From Syntrophales bacterium (GTDB lineage Bacteria; Desulfobacterota; Syntrophia; Syntrophales; PHBD01): a stretch of 64,000 nt of DNA. The translations under genes were made by a program, and so were the position numbers. The stretch is taken from the NCBI GenBank assembly GCA_963668175.1, contig OY764159.1, positions 448,001 to 512,000 on the forward strand, in the 5' to 3' direction. Below are positions 50,723 to 59,304 of the stretch, piece after piece (position 1 is the first letter of the stretch; each line of letters begins with the position of its first letter). The notes under the pieces are model-generated. The model did not search any database. It worked only from the letters and a program-made list of their open reading frames with translations, and had not been told where the DNA came from.

Positions 50723-51019
50723 GTCATATACCTCGCCAGTCAAGATGGAGACGTTCTATAGCAGGGTTTATATCTTTTAGCAAAAGCAGCACGGAGTCAC
50801 GGGTAGGATTTTGGCACCCCGCTGCCGCTCTAAAAACACCCAAACCATTAAAAAGAGATTGCTATTCGTCTGTGAATGCATTACACATCCTGTATCGGAA
50901 TCATCGACCGGGCATCCAAATACCGCCTGCAGAGTGCATGGATAACCCGGATATGGCGGTTTCCAAATAACTCTGCTTCAAACAGGTGGTACGCCGGCGT
51001 TTGAAATAATGCGGGAGCT

Positions 51020-51844
51020 ATGGAGAGATACGCCATAATCATCAGCTATATGCTGATTATCCTGCTGTTTTTGTTCGTGTCGAAGAAGATAGCCGATTGG
51101 ATCACCCGGTTTGACGACGATGCCGCCGTGGCCAGAGACCAAAACAAGGCCGTGGCCTTGCGGCGGTTCGGTCTTTATATCGGCATCGGCGTGACGATGG
51201 CGGGCATCCTGGGAGGCGGGTTCCGGCGGGTCGATTATTACTACCTGGTACTGGACGGGATCATTACGACCCTCCTTTTCTTTGCCTCCCATTATGTCAA
51301 CGATTACCTGATTATACCCAATGTGCGCAACAACGACCTCATCCAGGAGGGCAACCTTCCCACGGGCGTCGTGGAAGCCGCCGGTTTTATCGCCACCGGC
51401 ATCCTGCTCAACGGCGCCTTTGCCGGCGAAAGCGGCGGTGTCATTACGGCGATCGTCTTCTTCCTCCTCGGTCAGATGAGTCTGGTTGCGGCCATCAAAA
51501 TACATCAAAAGGTTTACCGTTTCGATATCACCGAGTCGGTCCGGGCCGACAACCTGAGCGCCGGCATCACCGTCGCCGGCCTGCTCATCGCATACAGCCT
51601 CATTCTCCAGGCAAGCATCACCGGCGAGTTTCTCGGCTGGACCGCAAGCCTGACCTATTTCGTCTTGAGTGCGGCAACGGGCATCGTCCTGCTTCTCATC
51701 TTTGAAAAAGCCGCCGACATGGTCTTTCTGCCCCATACGACCATCACCGAGGAGATCCGGGAGAACAATATCGCGGCCGTCATGCTTATCCAGGGCATCG
51801 TCATCGCCCTGTCGCTCGTTATCAGCCGAACGATTTCTATGTAG
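51020..51844 (+). CDS. DUF350-domain membrane protein (four internal repeats)
   Basis: Repeats NKAVAL..GLYIG, GNLPTG..AGFIATG, DNLSAG..GLLIA, NNIAAV..GIVIA; about 8 TM segments. Confidence 0.82.
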   Translation: MERYAIIISYMLIILLFLFVSKKIADWITRFDDDAAVARDQNKAVALRRFGLYIGIGVTMAGILGGGFRRVDYYYLVLDGIITTLLFFASHYVNDYLIIPNVRNNDLIQEGNLPTGVVEAAGFIATGILLNGAFAGESGGVITAIVFFLLGQMSLVAAIKIHQKVYRFDITESVRADNLSAGITVAGLLIAYSLILQASITGEFLGWTASLTYFVLSAATGIVLLLIFEKAADMVFLPHTTITEEIRENNIAAVMLIQGIVIALSLVISRTISM

Positions 51845-51853
51845 AGAAACGTC

Positions 51854-52492
51854 ATGGACCTCAGAAACCATAAGAGCCGGATCATCGTCGGGGGCATATT
51901 CTTCCTCGCCAATACCTTGCTGACCGGTTGCGACAACGGCGACGACAAGACGCCTCAGCGGGGCGCATCGCGCCAGTTTGACGAGCCGGAAGTGGAAAAC
52001 GTCATGAATTTAAAGAAAGTCGGGGTCATGACGGAACTGCAGGAGACAGGCCCTAACGAATACAAGATACAGAGAGAGTATCCGAGCAACGTAACCGGGG
52101 TTGTAATCAGGCGCCGGGACGGATCGCAGGAGATCGTCCCGGAAGAAACGGTCCAGAGCCTGGTCGACAACCCTCAGACGGACAGAATGCGCGGCGTCAG
52201 TACGGCCCTTTCCGCCGGCCTCCTGGGCTACATGATGGGCAAAACCACAAGCCTCAACTCCCGCTATTACGCCAACGACGCCCTCTTTAATCAAAGCATG
52301 ACCAATAAGAACCTGATCGACGAACGCAAACGGGAAGACGAACGCGGGCCGTCCTTCCGGTCCTACTGGTTCGGCAGCGGCCGCTACTATTCCGGGCCTT
52401 CCCAACGACCGGTGGGGGTGGGAAAGGCCACGGCCGGAAGAACGGGGTTTTTCTCCAGGCTGTCGAACAGCTTCAGGGGCTTCATGGGATAG
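51854..52492 (+). CDS. Lipoprotein resembling UPF0323 (YgiB/YjfM-position partner)
   Basis: Lipobox LTGC; EYKIQREYPS..VIRRRDGSQE; AGLLGYMMG; Gly/Ser/Phe-rich tail GFFSRLSNSFRGFMG. Confidence 0.7.
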   Translation: MDLRNHKSRIIVGGIFFLANTLLTGCDNGDDKTPQRGASRQFDEPEVENVMNLKKVGVMTELQETGPNEYKIQREYPSNVTGVVIRRRDGSQEIVPEETVQSLVDNPQTDRMRGVSTALSAGLLGYMMGKTTSLNSRYYANDALFNQSMTNKNLIDERKREDERGPSFRSYWFGSGRYYSGPSQRPVGVGKATAGRTGFFSRLSNSFRGFMG

Positions 52493-52497
52493 ACGCC

Positions 52498-53697
52498 ATG
52501 CGCACGATTCCCGTCAATCCCATCCCGTCCGATATCTTCGAAAAAGTCGGATTTTATTGGTATCAGTCCCCCGGCGAAGAGAGATATGTTGCAGACGAGC
52601 TTGTCGTCATGACAGAAGCGGAAGGAAACCATTTCTACGAGGCAGCAAGCGAACTTTATGAAATGTATATCGAAGCGGGACAGTACGTCATCGACCGCGG
52701 ACTTTTCTCCGAACTCGACATTCCCGTCAATCTTGTCCCCATGATACGCCATTCGTGGGAAGACGATCGCCATTTCCACCTGATCGGCCGTTTCGATTTC
52801 GCCGGTGGTTTGGACGGGCTCCCGATCAAACTTATCGAATTCAATGCCGACACACCCTCGATGATCTTCGAAGTGGCCCTGATCCAATGGATGATCCTCA
52901 GGCACAACGGTATCGACGAGGTGCTGCAGTTCAACCGCCTCTACGAAACGCTCGGGGAATCCTTTGAACGGATCAAACGCCTCAACCCGGTCTACGCCTC
53001 CGATGACAAAGCTATCGCGCACGCGCTGTTTTCCTGTCTGAACATGGGTCTGGAAGACGAAAACACGACCCGGCTTCTGGAAGATATCGCCTACGAAGCG
53101 GGTTACATCACGGGTTTCGAGTACGCCGAGGAAGCCGTCTTCGACAGGGGTCATTTTCGCAACAAAGGCGGGATCTTTGACAGCCGGGGCAATCACTACG
53201 ACTATTGGTTCAAGCTGGTCCCGTACGAATACATAGGCAACGACGAGCCGGAACTTGCGGATATCCTTACAACACTCCTCATCAAGGATCGGGCGGTCCT
53301 TCTCAACCCGCCGTATACGCTGCTCTTTCAGTCCAAGGGGATTCTCAAAATCCTCTGGGACCTCTTTCCCGGTCACCCATTGCTCCTTGAAACGCGCTGG
53401 GAACCCCTGGCAGGACGGCGCTGCGTGGATAAAAAGACTCTGAGCCGGGAAGGCGACAACGTTGCTATCCTCGATGAAAAAGGTACGACGCTGGAAAGCA
53501 GAGGAGGCGTCTACGGAACCTGCCGGTCCGTATATCAGGATTATGCGGCATTGCCGTCCGACGGCGAGGGCCGCCTCTACCAGGCGGGGATCTTTTTTTC
53601 TTACGAGCCTTGCGGTATCGGCTTTCGCCGGGAACGGGGCATCATTCACAACCACTCCCAGTTCGTCGGTCATACCGTCGAAGAAGCGACGGCCTGA
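52498..53697 (+). CDS. Glutathionylspermidine-synthetase-like ATP-grasp ligase (no amidase domain)
   Basis: GRFDF, IEFNADTP, FKLVPYE, NPPYTLLFQSKGIL, SREGDNV. Confidence 0.92.
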   Translation: MRTIPVNPIPSDIFEKVGFYWYQSPGEERYVADELVVMTEAEGNHFYEAASELYEMYIEAGQYVIDRGLFSELDIPVNLVPMIRHSWEDDRHFHLIGRFDFAGGLDGLPIKLIEFNADTPSMIFEVALIQWMILRHNGIDEVLQFNRLYETLGESFERIKRLNPVYASDDKAIAHALFSCLNMGLEDENTTRLLEDIAYEAGYITGFEYAEEAVFDRGHFRNKGGIFDSRGNHYDYWFKLVPYEYIGNDEPELADILTTLLIKDRAVLLNPPYTLLFQSKGILKILWDLFPGHPLLLETRWEPLAGRRCVDKKTLSREGDNVAILDEKGTTLESRGGVYGTCRSVYQDYAALPSDGEGRLYQAGIFFSYEPCGIGFRRERGIIHNHSQFVGHTVEEATA

Positions 53698-53738
53698 AAC
53701 AGAATGCATCAGAACCTCAAGGGAACTATGGAAAACCA

Positions 53739-54572
53739 ATGGAACTCTTAACGCCGACCAAGGCCCAGATCAAATCTTGGGAAAAACTGCGGCTTGCAAA
53801 ACTTCGGCGCCGGGACAACCTGTTTCTCGCAGAGGGCCGGAAAGTCGTTTCCGAACTCTTCAAGGGCGGATGGGAAGCGGCGGCGCTCCTCGTCCGGGAG
53901 GATCACGAGGATCACTGGCGGACGCTCTTGGCGGACCCCGCCGCATCGCAGACAGCCGCCTATCGGCTTTCCGCCAAACAGTGGCAGGCCTTAACGCAGG
54001 ACAAATCGCCGGAAGGCATCATGGCCCTGGCCAGATTACGGTCGTGCGAAGACTTGCCGGCGATTCTGGAAGCAACGACCGGACATGCCCTGCTCCTCGA
54101 CCGGATCAACAATCCCAACAACCTGGGCGCCCTGATGCGGACGGCGCTGTGGTTCGGCATCCGCCTGGTCCTCATCGGCCAAGGCTCCGTGGACTTTACC
54201 AATCCCAAGGTCGTGCGATCGTCGATGGGCAGCATCTTCCATATGACGATCGTCGACGATCTCCCGTTCCCGGAGACCATGGCGGTTTTAAAGAAGCATT
54301 TTTCTGTCATCGGAAGCCATGTCCACCGGGGCTTCACGCCCCATCCTTGCAGGCAGCGTTCGGCCATGATGTTCGGTAACGAAAGTCACGGCTTAACCGA
54401 AGAAATGCTGCAATACGCGGACGAAACCTGGCATATACAGGGCACAGGGGATGTGGATTCCCTGAGCCTGCCGCAGGCGGCGGCCGTCATGCTTTATGAA
54501 TGCACTCACAACGAGTGGAACGGAGGCGCATGTGGATCAGTTCATTCAAATCATCACCACGACGGACGATGA
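53739..54572 (+). CDS. TrmH/SpoU-family RNA methyltransferase
   Basis: FLAEG, NNPNNLGALMRTA, KVVRSSMGS, FGNESHG, DSLSLPQAAAV. Confidence 0.92.
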   Translation: MELLTPTKAQIKSWEKLRLAKLRRRDNLFLAEGRKVVSELFKGGWEAAALLVREDHEDHWRTLLADPAASQTAAYRLSAKQWQALTQDKSPEGIMALARLRSCEDLPAILEATTGHALLLDRINNPNNLGALMRTALWFGIRLVLIGQGSVDFTNPKVVRSSMGSIFHMTIVDDLPFPETMAVLKKHFSVIGSHVHRGFTPHPCRQRSAMMFGNESHGLTEEMLQYADETWHIQGTGDVDSLSLPQAAAVMLYECTHNEWNGGACGSVHSNHHHDGR

Positions 54573-54855
54573 GGGCCTAGCCGGGAAGATCGCCGACACC
54601 CTTGTGGAAAAGCGGCTCGCGGCTTGCGTTCAGATTCTGGGACCGATCACCAGCGTCTATCGATGGAAAGGCAAAACAGAAAAGGCCCGGGAATGGCAAT
54701 GCCTCGTGAAAACGAGCCTTGATCGTTACGACGAGGTTGAGGCCGCCATCAAGGCGATTCATTCCTACGAAACGCCGGAGATCATTGCCCTGCCGATTAC
54801 GGCCGGCAGCCGTGAATACCTGGGGTGGCTCCGAGATGAGCTTGCCGTTGCATGA
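54532..54855 (+). CDS. cutA: Divalent-cation tolerance protein CutA
   Basis: LVEKRLAACVQI, SVYRWKG, HSYETPEIIALP; GTG start with GGAGG RBS. Confidence 0.94.
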   Translation: MDQFIQIITTTDDEGLAGKIADTLVEKRLAACVQILGPITSVYRWKGKTEKAREWQCLVKTSLDRYDEVEAAIKAIHSYETPEIIALPITAGSREYLGWLRDELAVA

Positions 54856-54858
54856 CCG

Positions 54859-55068
54859 TCATCCCTTGCGGAAGACGGCATTGGGATTGACCAGCTCGTC
54901 AACAGCGCAGGCCGGGCAAAAATAGGCGGGCACAACCGTCCCGCAACCCTCTGCCAGCAGTTCGAAACGGGCGCATTGCTCACATAAGGGCGTTCGGCAG
55001 TCGACGCAGGCCACGAAAAAGACTCCTTCCTTGCAGACGGCGCAGGTTTCCTGAGGTCGATCCATCAT
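54859..55068 (-). CDS. Small Cys-rich (B-box-like Zn-finger) protein, 69 aa
   Basis: AAGGAGG RBS; pattern C-x2-C-x8-C-x2-C-x4-C-x2-C-x9-C-x8-C-x2-C. Confidence 0.7.
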   Translation of the reverse strand: MMDRPQETCAVCKEGVFFVACVDCRTPLCEQCARFELLAEGCGTVVPAYFCPACAVDELVNPNAVFRKG

Positions 55069-55168
55069 CGGCACCTCCTTATCTCCCGAACGGACGGTTA
55101 AACGACTTCCCGGCAACCGGCATCGCCGTGGTCCGGATGCGAGTCTTTGCCTGCAATCGCGTCGGCGA

Positions 55169-56671
55169 TCAGGATCCGGACGGAAACAGGAGCCCCCGTT
55201 GGGCGGCGAAACCGTCTTTGCCTGCGGCCAGCATCAACGCAACCGGCATCGCCTGCCTGCCGAGCTCCGTCATGGATACGGCAATCCGGCGAATGTCCCA
55301 TTGGGCATGGCGGTCCGCCCGAAGACGGGCGATATGGTAAAGTTCCCTGGCGTTCACTTTCATGGCGACACGCTTCCGGTGCGCGTTCGTAAGGATATAG
55401 GGCGCCGCCGCCGGACTGATGTCGCGGATTTTACGGTAGACCGCCTCCGTGCGGCCGATGATGTCCCGAAACGCATCTTCCATGCCGACCTCCGCGATCG
55501 CCGGCGGCACCGTCACGCCAAGGTCCGGGTCGTAATCCTGGCAAGTCAGGGTCGCCATCCGATGCCGCTTCATCTGGGCGAAGCAGCTGGCGCTGATAAC
55601 AAGCTCGAACTGCAAGTCGACGAATTCAAACTCCCGCAGAACCGCATCATGGGATTTCAGGTAACATAATGCCGTTTTCACCAGGTCTTCCTTGTCGCGA
55701 ATGGTCATCTTCGCAGCGGTCTCAAGGCAGCGGTCCATCGGCAGAGATGAGACGGTATACAACAGCGACGCCGCGACGACATCGTCGGCCTGCGGAGTGA
55801 CGCGGACAAGCCGGACAGCCTCCGGTTCAGCCTCACGCGGATTTTTACATCGTGCGTCCGCGGCAAAATCCTCCTTGAGCAAACCGCTGTCATGGGAAAT
55901 CAACCAGTCTCGTATGGCCCGTTTGGTCAGGCGGTCGTAGTCGGTAGGCTCGGTATAGCGGATCAACGACGGGGCCACAGGACGGGTTATGTTGAAGAGT
56001 TCGCGGCTGATCCGGTTAACTTCCTGCAGCGGATGGGCGGCAAACCTCCGGAGCATCAATTCCAGATTCCTGGCGTTGATCGTCATTCCCAGTTGGGTTT
56101 CCGTCGCCAGGGAAATGATATAGCGGGCATCCTCCTTGGCCCAGCCTTCCAGGGTCGAGCGGTTGGCCGGATCGGCCGCCAGATCCTCATGCTGCGAAAA
56201 GACATAGGGCCGAAGCTTCGCGTAAAGCTCGTGATAGAAACGGTTCTGGCCGCGGATCGCGGCGACATATTCATCCCTGAGGCCCGGAGCGGCTATCTCT
56301 TCCGGAATGACGAAATCGTCCTGAAAAAGAACATAACGCTGCGATTTTTCTGTATAAGAAGCCAAACGAAATTTTTCGATTTCCTCGATGGCAAGCCTGG
56401 AGACACCGATCATGTCGATATTGAAAACGGCATGTTCGGCGATGGAGCTGTGCCCCATGTCGAAGACGATATTCGTGTTCGATTTCCTCGCCTTCTCGAC
56501 ATCCAATCGCGCGATCTGCCGCAACTCGTCGACCGCCTTCGGGCTCCTGCTGATACGCGCATAAGCCGCCGCCACCGTCTCAGGTGTCATATCCTGCGCT
56601 TCCGGACGGGCGGCCTGCCACTGATCGATAGTCTCCCGGTCGAGATTGTAGCCCCCTAGGATGACCTTCAT
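55169..56671 (-). CDS. thyX: Flavin-dependent thymidylate synthase, tandem two-domain form
   Basis: GHSSIAEH, EKSQRY, EDARY, NAR in N half; RHR, NAREL, LR..HAQWDIR in C half. Confidence 0.88.
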   Translation of the reverse strand: MKVILGGYNLDRETIDQWQAARPEAQDMTPETVAAAYARISRSPKAVDELRQIARLDVEKARKSNTNIVFDMGHSSIAEHAVFNIDMIGVSRLAIEEIEKFRLASYTEKSQRYVLFQDDFVIPEEIAAPGLRDEYVAAIRGQNRFYHELYAKLRPYVFSQHEDLAADPANRSTLEGWAKEDARYIISLATETQLGMTINARNLELMLRRFAAHPLQEVNRISRELFNITRPVAPSLIRYTEPTDYDRLTKRAIRDWLISHDSGLLKEDFAADARCKNPREAEPEAVRLVRVTPQADDVVAASLLYTVSSLPMDRCLETAAKMTIRDKEDLVKTALCYLKSHDAVLREFEFVDLQFELVISASCFAQMKRHRMATLTCQDYDPDLGVTVPPAIAEVGMEDAFRDIIGRTEAVYRKIRDISPAAAPYILTNAHRKRVAMKVNARELYHIARLRADRHAQWDIRRIAVSMTELGRQAMPVALMLAAGKDGFAAQRGLLFPSGS

Positions 56672-56692
56672 CGGCTCTGCTCCTTCATAGCG

Positions 56693-57499
56693 TCATAGTT
56701 TGACCACTTCCACATGGGACAGGGTTCTGCCCAGAAAATGCTCACCGATCGTCTGGAAACGGTAGGGAACATCGGTTACATAAAACCGATATTCCGGCGG
56801 CACGCGGGACGGGTTCTCCATGCGGGATTCGGTCAGAAGCGCGGCGGCAATGTCGGCCATCGATTCCGCCGAGTCGATCAACATGACATCCTGTCCCATG
56901 ATATCCTGAATGAGCGGCTTGATGAGGGGATAATGGGTACACCCCAGAACCAGGGTATCGATGTGTTCCGCCTGGACCGATTTCAGGTACTCCTGCGCGG
57001 TCAGGCGAGTGACGGGATGATCCAGCCAACCCTCTTCGACTAGAGGGACAAACAGCGGGCACGCCTGGGAAAAGACGTAACTGCCGGCATCGTGGCTGTA
57101 TATAGCCCGGGCATAGGCATTGCTGTTGATGGTCGTGGGCGTCCCGATGACGCCGACGCGCCTGCTGCGGGTCCTGGCCGCCGCCATTCGGGCGCTGGCA
57201 TCGATAACGTCCAGAACGGGAACGGGAGATAAGGCCTTGATCGAGTCGATGGCAACCGCCGCCATGGTATTGCAGGCGACGATGAGCATTTTCACGTCCT
57301 TGGCCAGGAGAAAGTTCGTGATCTCCCGGGCATACTGGTTAATGGTTGCTACGGATTTCACGCCGTAGGGCACACGGGCCGTATCTCCGAAATAGATGAT
57401 ATTTTCAAACGGTACTCGCTCCATGAGGGCCCGGAAAACCGTCAGGCCGCCGACACCGGAATCGAATACGCCGATGGCATTTTCGCTTTTATCCTTCAT
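56693..57499 (-). CDS. murI: Glutamate racemase
   Basis: FDSGVGGLTV, PYG, ACNT, LGCTHYP. Confidence 0.97.
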   Translation of the reverse strand: MKDKSENAIGVFDSGVGGLTVFRALMERVPFENIIYFGDTARVPYGVKSVATINQYAREITNFLLAKDVKMLIVACNTMAAVAIDSIKALSPVPVLDVIDASARMAAARTRSRRVGVIGTPTTINSNAYARAIYSHDAGSYVFSQACPLFVPLVEEGWLDHPVTRLTAQEYLKSVQAEHIDTLVLGCTHYPLIKPLIQDIMGQDVMLIDSAESMADIAAALLTESRMENPSRVPPEYRFYVTDVPYRFQTIGEHFLGRTLSHVEVVKL

Positions 57500-57588
57500 A
57501 TCAATCGAATCTGTTCCTCTCTAAGGTCTGCCCGGCCGCTGCACCGCTTCGGTCACCCGGGCGGCGGCTTTTCCTCCGCCGCAGGTCG

Positions 57589-58782
57589 TCAGCCGGCCGC
57601 TTGGTCTGTGTATTTGGATTTCCTGCTGCCCCCGTATAAATCGTATTCGAGGAGGCGGCAGGGCAGTTCACCGTTATAAAAAGGGAGCCGGCGCTTGGTC
57701 CGCAGCCCGACTTTCTTGGCCAGGTCCAGGTTCCCGGTGAAAATGTACCCTGCATATCCCTGGCACTTTTGCTTAAAAAAATCGCCGATGCCCCTGTAAA
57801 CGCCTTCCAGTTCCTTCAGATCTCCCAAACGGTAGCCGTACTCGGGATTGACAACCACGATGCCGTTTTCTTCCGGCATTTTCGTAGCGGCATAATCGCA
57901 GACATCAAAGGCGATCATATGGGCAACACCGGCCGCCCGGGCGTTTCTCGACGCCGACATAACCGCCTTCTTACTGATATCCGTTGCCACGATTCTGCCT
58001 GGCATCGTCGGCTGCTCTTTTTTGCGGGCTTCGATAAGCAAAGCATCCCACCTTGCCGGCTCGAATCCCTTCACATGCATAAAACCGAAGTTGGGCCGGG
58101 TGAGTCCGGGGGCCTTGCCCGATTTGATAAGGGCCGCTTCAATAGCCAAGGTACCGCTGCCGCACATGGGGTTGACGAACGTCCCCGCTCCGTCCCATCC
58201 TGTCGCAAGGATTACTGCTGCAGCCAGCGTTTCCTGCATGGGAGCATGCATGGGGAGTTTCCGGTAACCCCGTTTGGCCAGAGGTTCGCCCGACGTGTCG
58301 AGATACACCGAAACGTCGTCGGCCTTCCAGTATACGTGGACGACCACCTTCTCCCGTCCGGGACCCGAATCAGGACGGCGGCCGCATTTCTTCCGGATCC
58401 TGTCGACAACGGCGTCCTTGGCCCGGACGTTTACAAAGCGGTTGTCGGTGATGGTCTCATTATCCACCGTCGAACTGACGGTGACATAATCATCCTCGCG
58501 TATGAGCCGTTCCCAGGGAAAGCCGACCATACGGCCGTAAAGTTCGCCGGCGTTTCTCGCCTTGAAGCCTTCGAGAAAAAAGAAGACGCGGTGCCCTGTC
58601 CTCACATGAAGGTTCAGCGTCATGGTTTCCGCGAGGGTCCCTTCGGTCTCGACGGCCAGATCCGATTCGGCCGTCACCGGAAACCCGAGCGTCCTCACTT
58701 CCGCAGCCGTCAAGGGAGGCACATGCCGGGAGCAGGTAATGAGAATCCTTCGTTTTTGCTCCCAGATCGACATACCAGTCAC
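57589..58782 (-). CDS. THUMP-domain rRNA m2G methyltransferase (RlmL/YpsC-like)
   Basis: DTSGEPLAKRGYR, APMQETLAA, NPMCGSGT, VNPEYG; start 58782 or 58773. Confidence 0.9.
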   Translation of the reverse strand: MTGMSIWEQKRRILITCSRHVPPLTAAEVRTLGFPVTAESDLAVETEGTLAETMTLNLHVRTGHRVFFFLEGFKARNAGELYGRMVGFPWERLIREDDYVTVSSTVDNETITDNRFVNVRAKDAVVDRIRKKCGRRPDSGPGREKVVVHVYWKADDVSVYLDTSGEPLAKRGYRKLPMHAPMQETLAAAVILATGWDGAGTFVNPMCGSGTLAIEAALIKSGKAPGLTRPNFGFMHVKGFEPARWDALLIEARKKEQPTMPGRIVATDISKKAVMSASRNARAAGVAHMIAFDVCDYAATKMPEENGIVVVNPEYGYRLGDLKELEGVYRGIGDFFKQKCQGYAGYIFTGNLDLAKKVGLRTKRRLPFYNGELPCRLLEYDLYGGSRKSKYTDQAAG

Positions 58783-58799
58783 GAAATCCCGTACCCCGG

Positions 58800-59231
58800 T
58801 TACAGGGCGTAGAGTTTGGCACCGTTTACCACGGTCATGGAATTCTTTAAGAGCACGTCGATGGCTGCATCGGGATTGTCGAAACGGAAGATGATGACGG
58901 CATTCTCTCCGCTCTTTTCAACAAAAGCGTAGAGATATTCGACATTGATGCTGTTTTTGGACAGTACCGCCAGGATGCTGTACAGGCCGCCCGGCCGGTC
59001 CGGCACTTCGACGGCGACAACCGTGGTCCGGCTCACCGTCAGGCCGTTTTCCTTCAGTACCCTGGTCGTCTTTTCCACATCGTTGACGATCAGACGGAGA
59101 ATGCCGAAGTCGGAAGTATCGGCCAGGTTGAGAGTCCGGATATTGATATCGGCGTCCTTGAGGATTCTCATGACATCTTCGAGGCCGCCCGGTTTGTTTT
59201 CCAAAAAAATCGATACTTGTTCCACTTTCAC
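58800..59231 (-). CDS. Double ACT-domain protein (COG4747-like)
   Basis: [40 protein letters not shown] start with GGAGGA RBS. Confidence 0.9.
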   Translation of the reverse strand: MKVEQVSIFLENKPGGLEDVMRILKDADINIRTLNLADTSDFGILRLIVNDVEKTTRVLKENGLTVSRTTVVAVEVPDRPGGLYSILAVLSKNSINVEYLYAFVEKSGENAVIIFRFDNPDAAIDVLLKNSMTVVNGAKLYAL

Positions 59232-59304
59232 GACAGTCCTCCTTCTCATCACAAAGATGGTCCGACCCTTGTTGCTACGTTCCCGCTCGCATCGGCTTCA
59301 GGAA

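Noticed and set aside
50811..50826. Sigma54 promoter TTGGCACCCCGCTGC
   Set aside because: Only 9 nt between GG and GC; 10 are required.
50908..50960. HDV-like ribozyme interpretation of the leader pseudoknot
   Set aside because: Helix order is similar, but there is no P1.1, no P4 and no catalytic C in the last joiner (ATAT).
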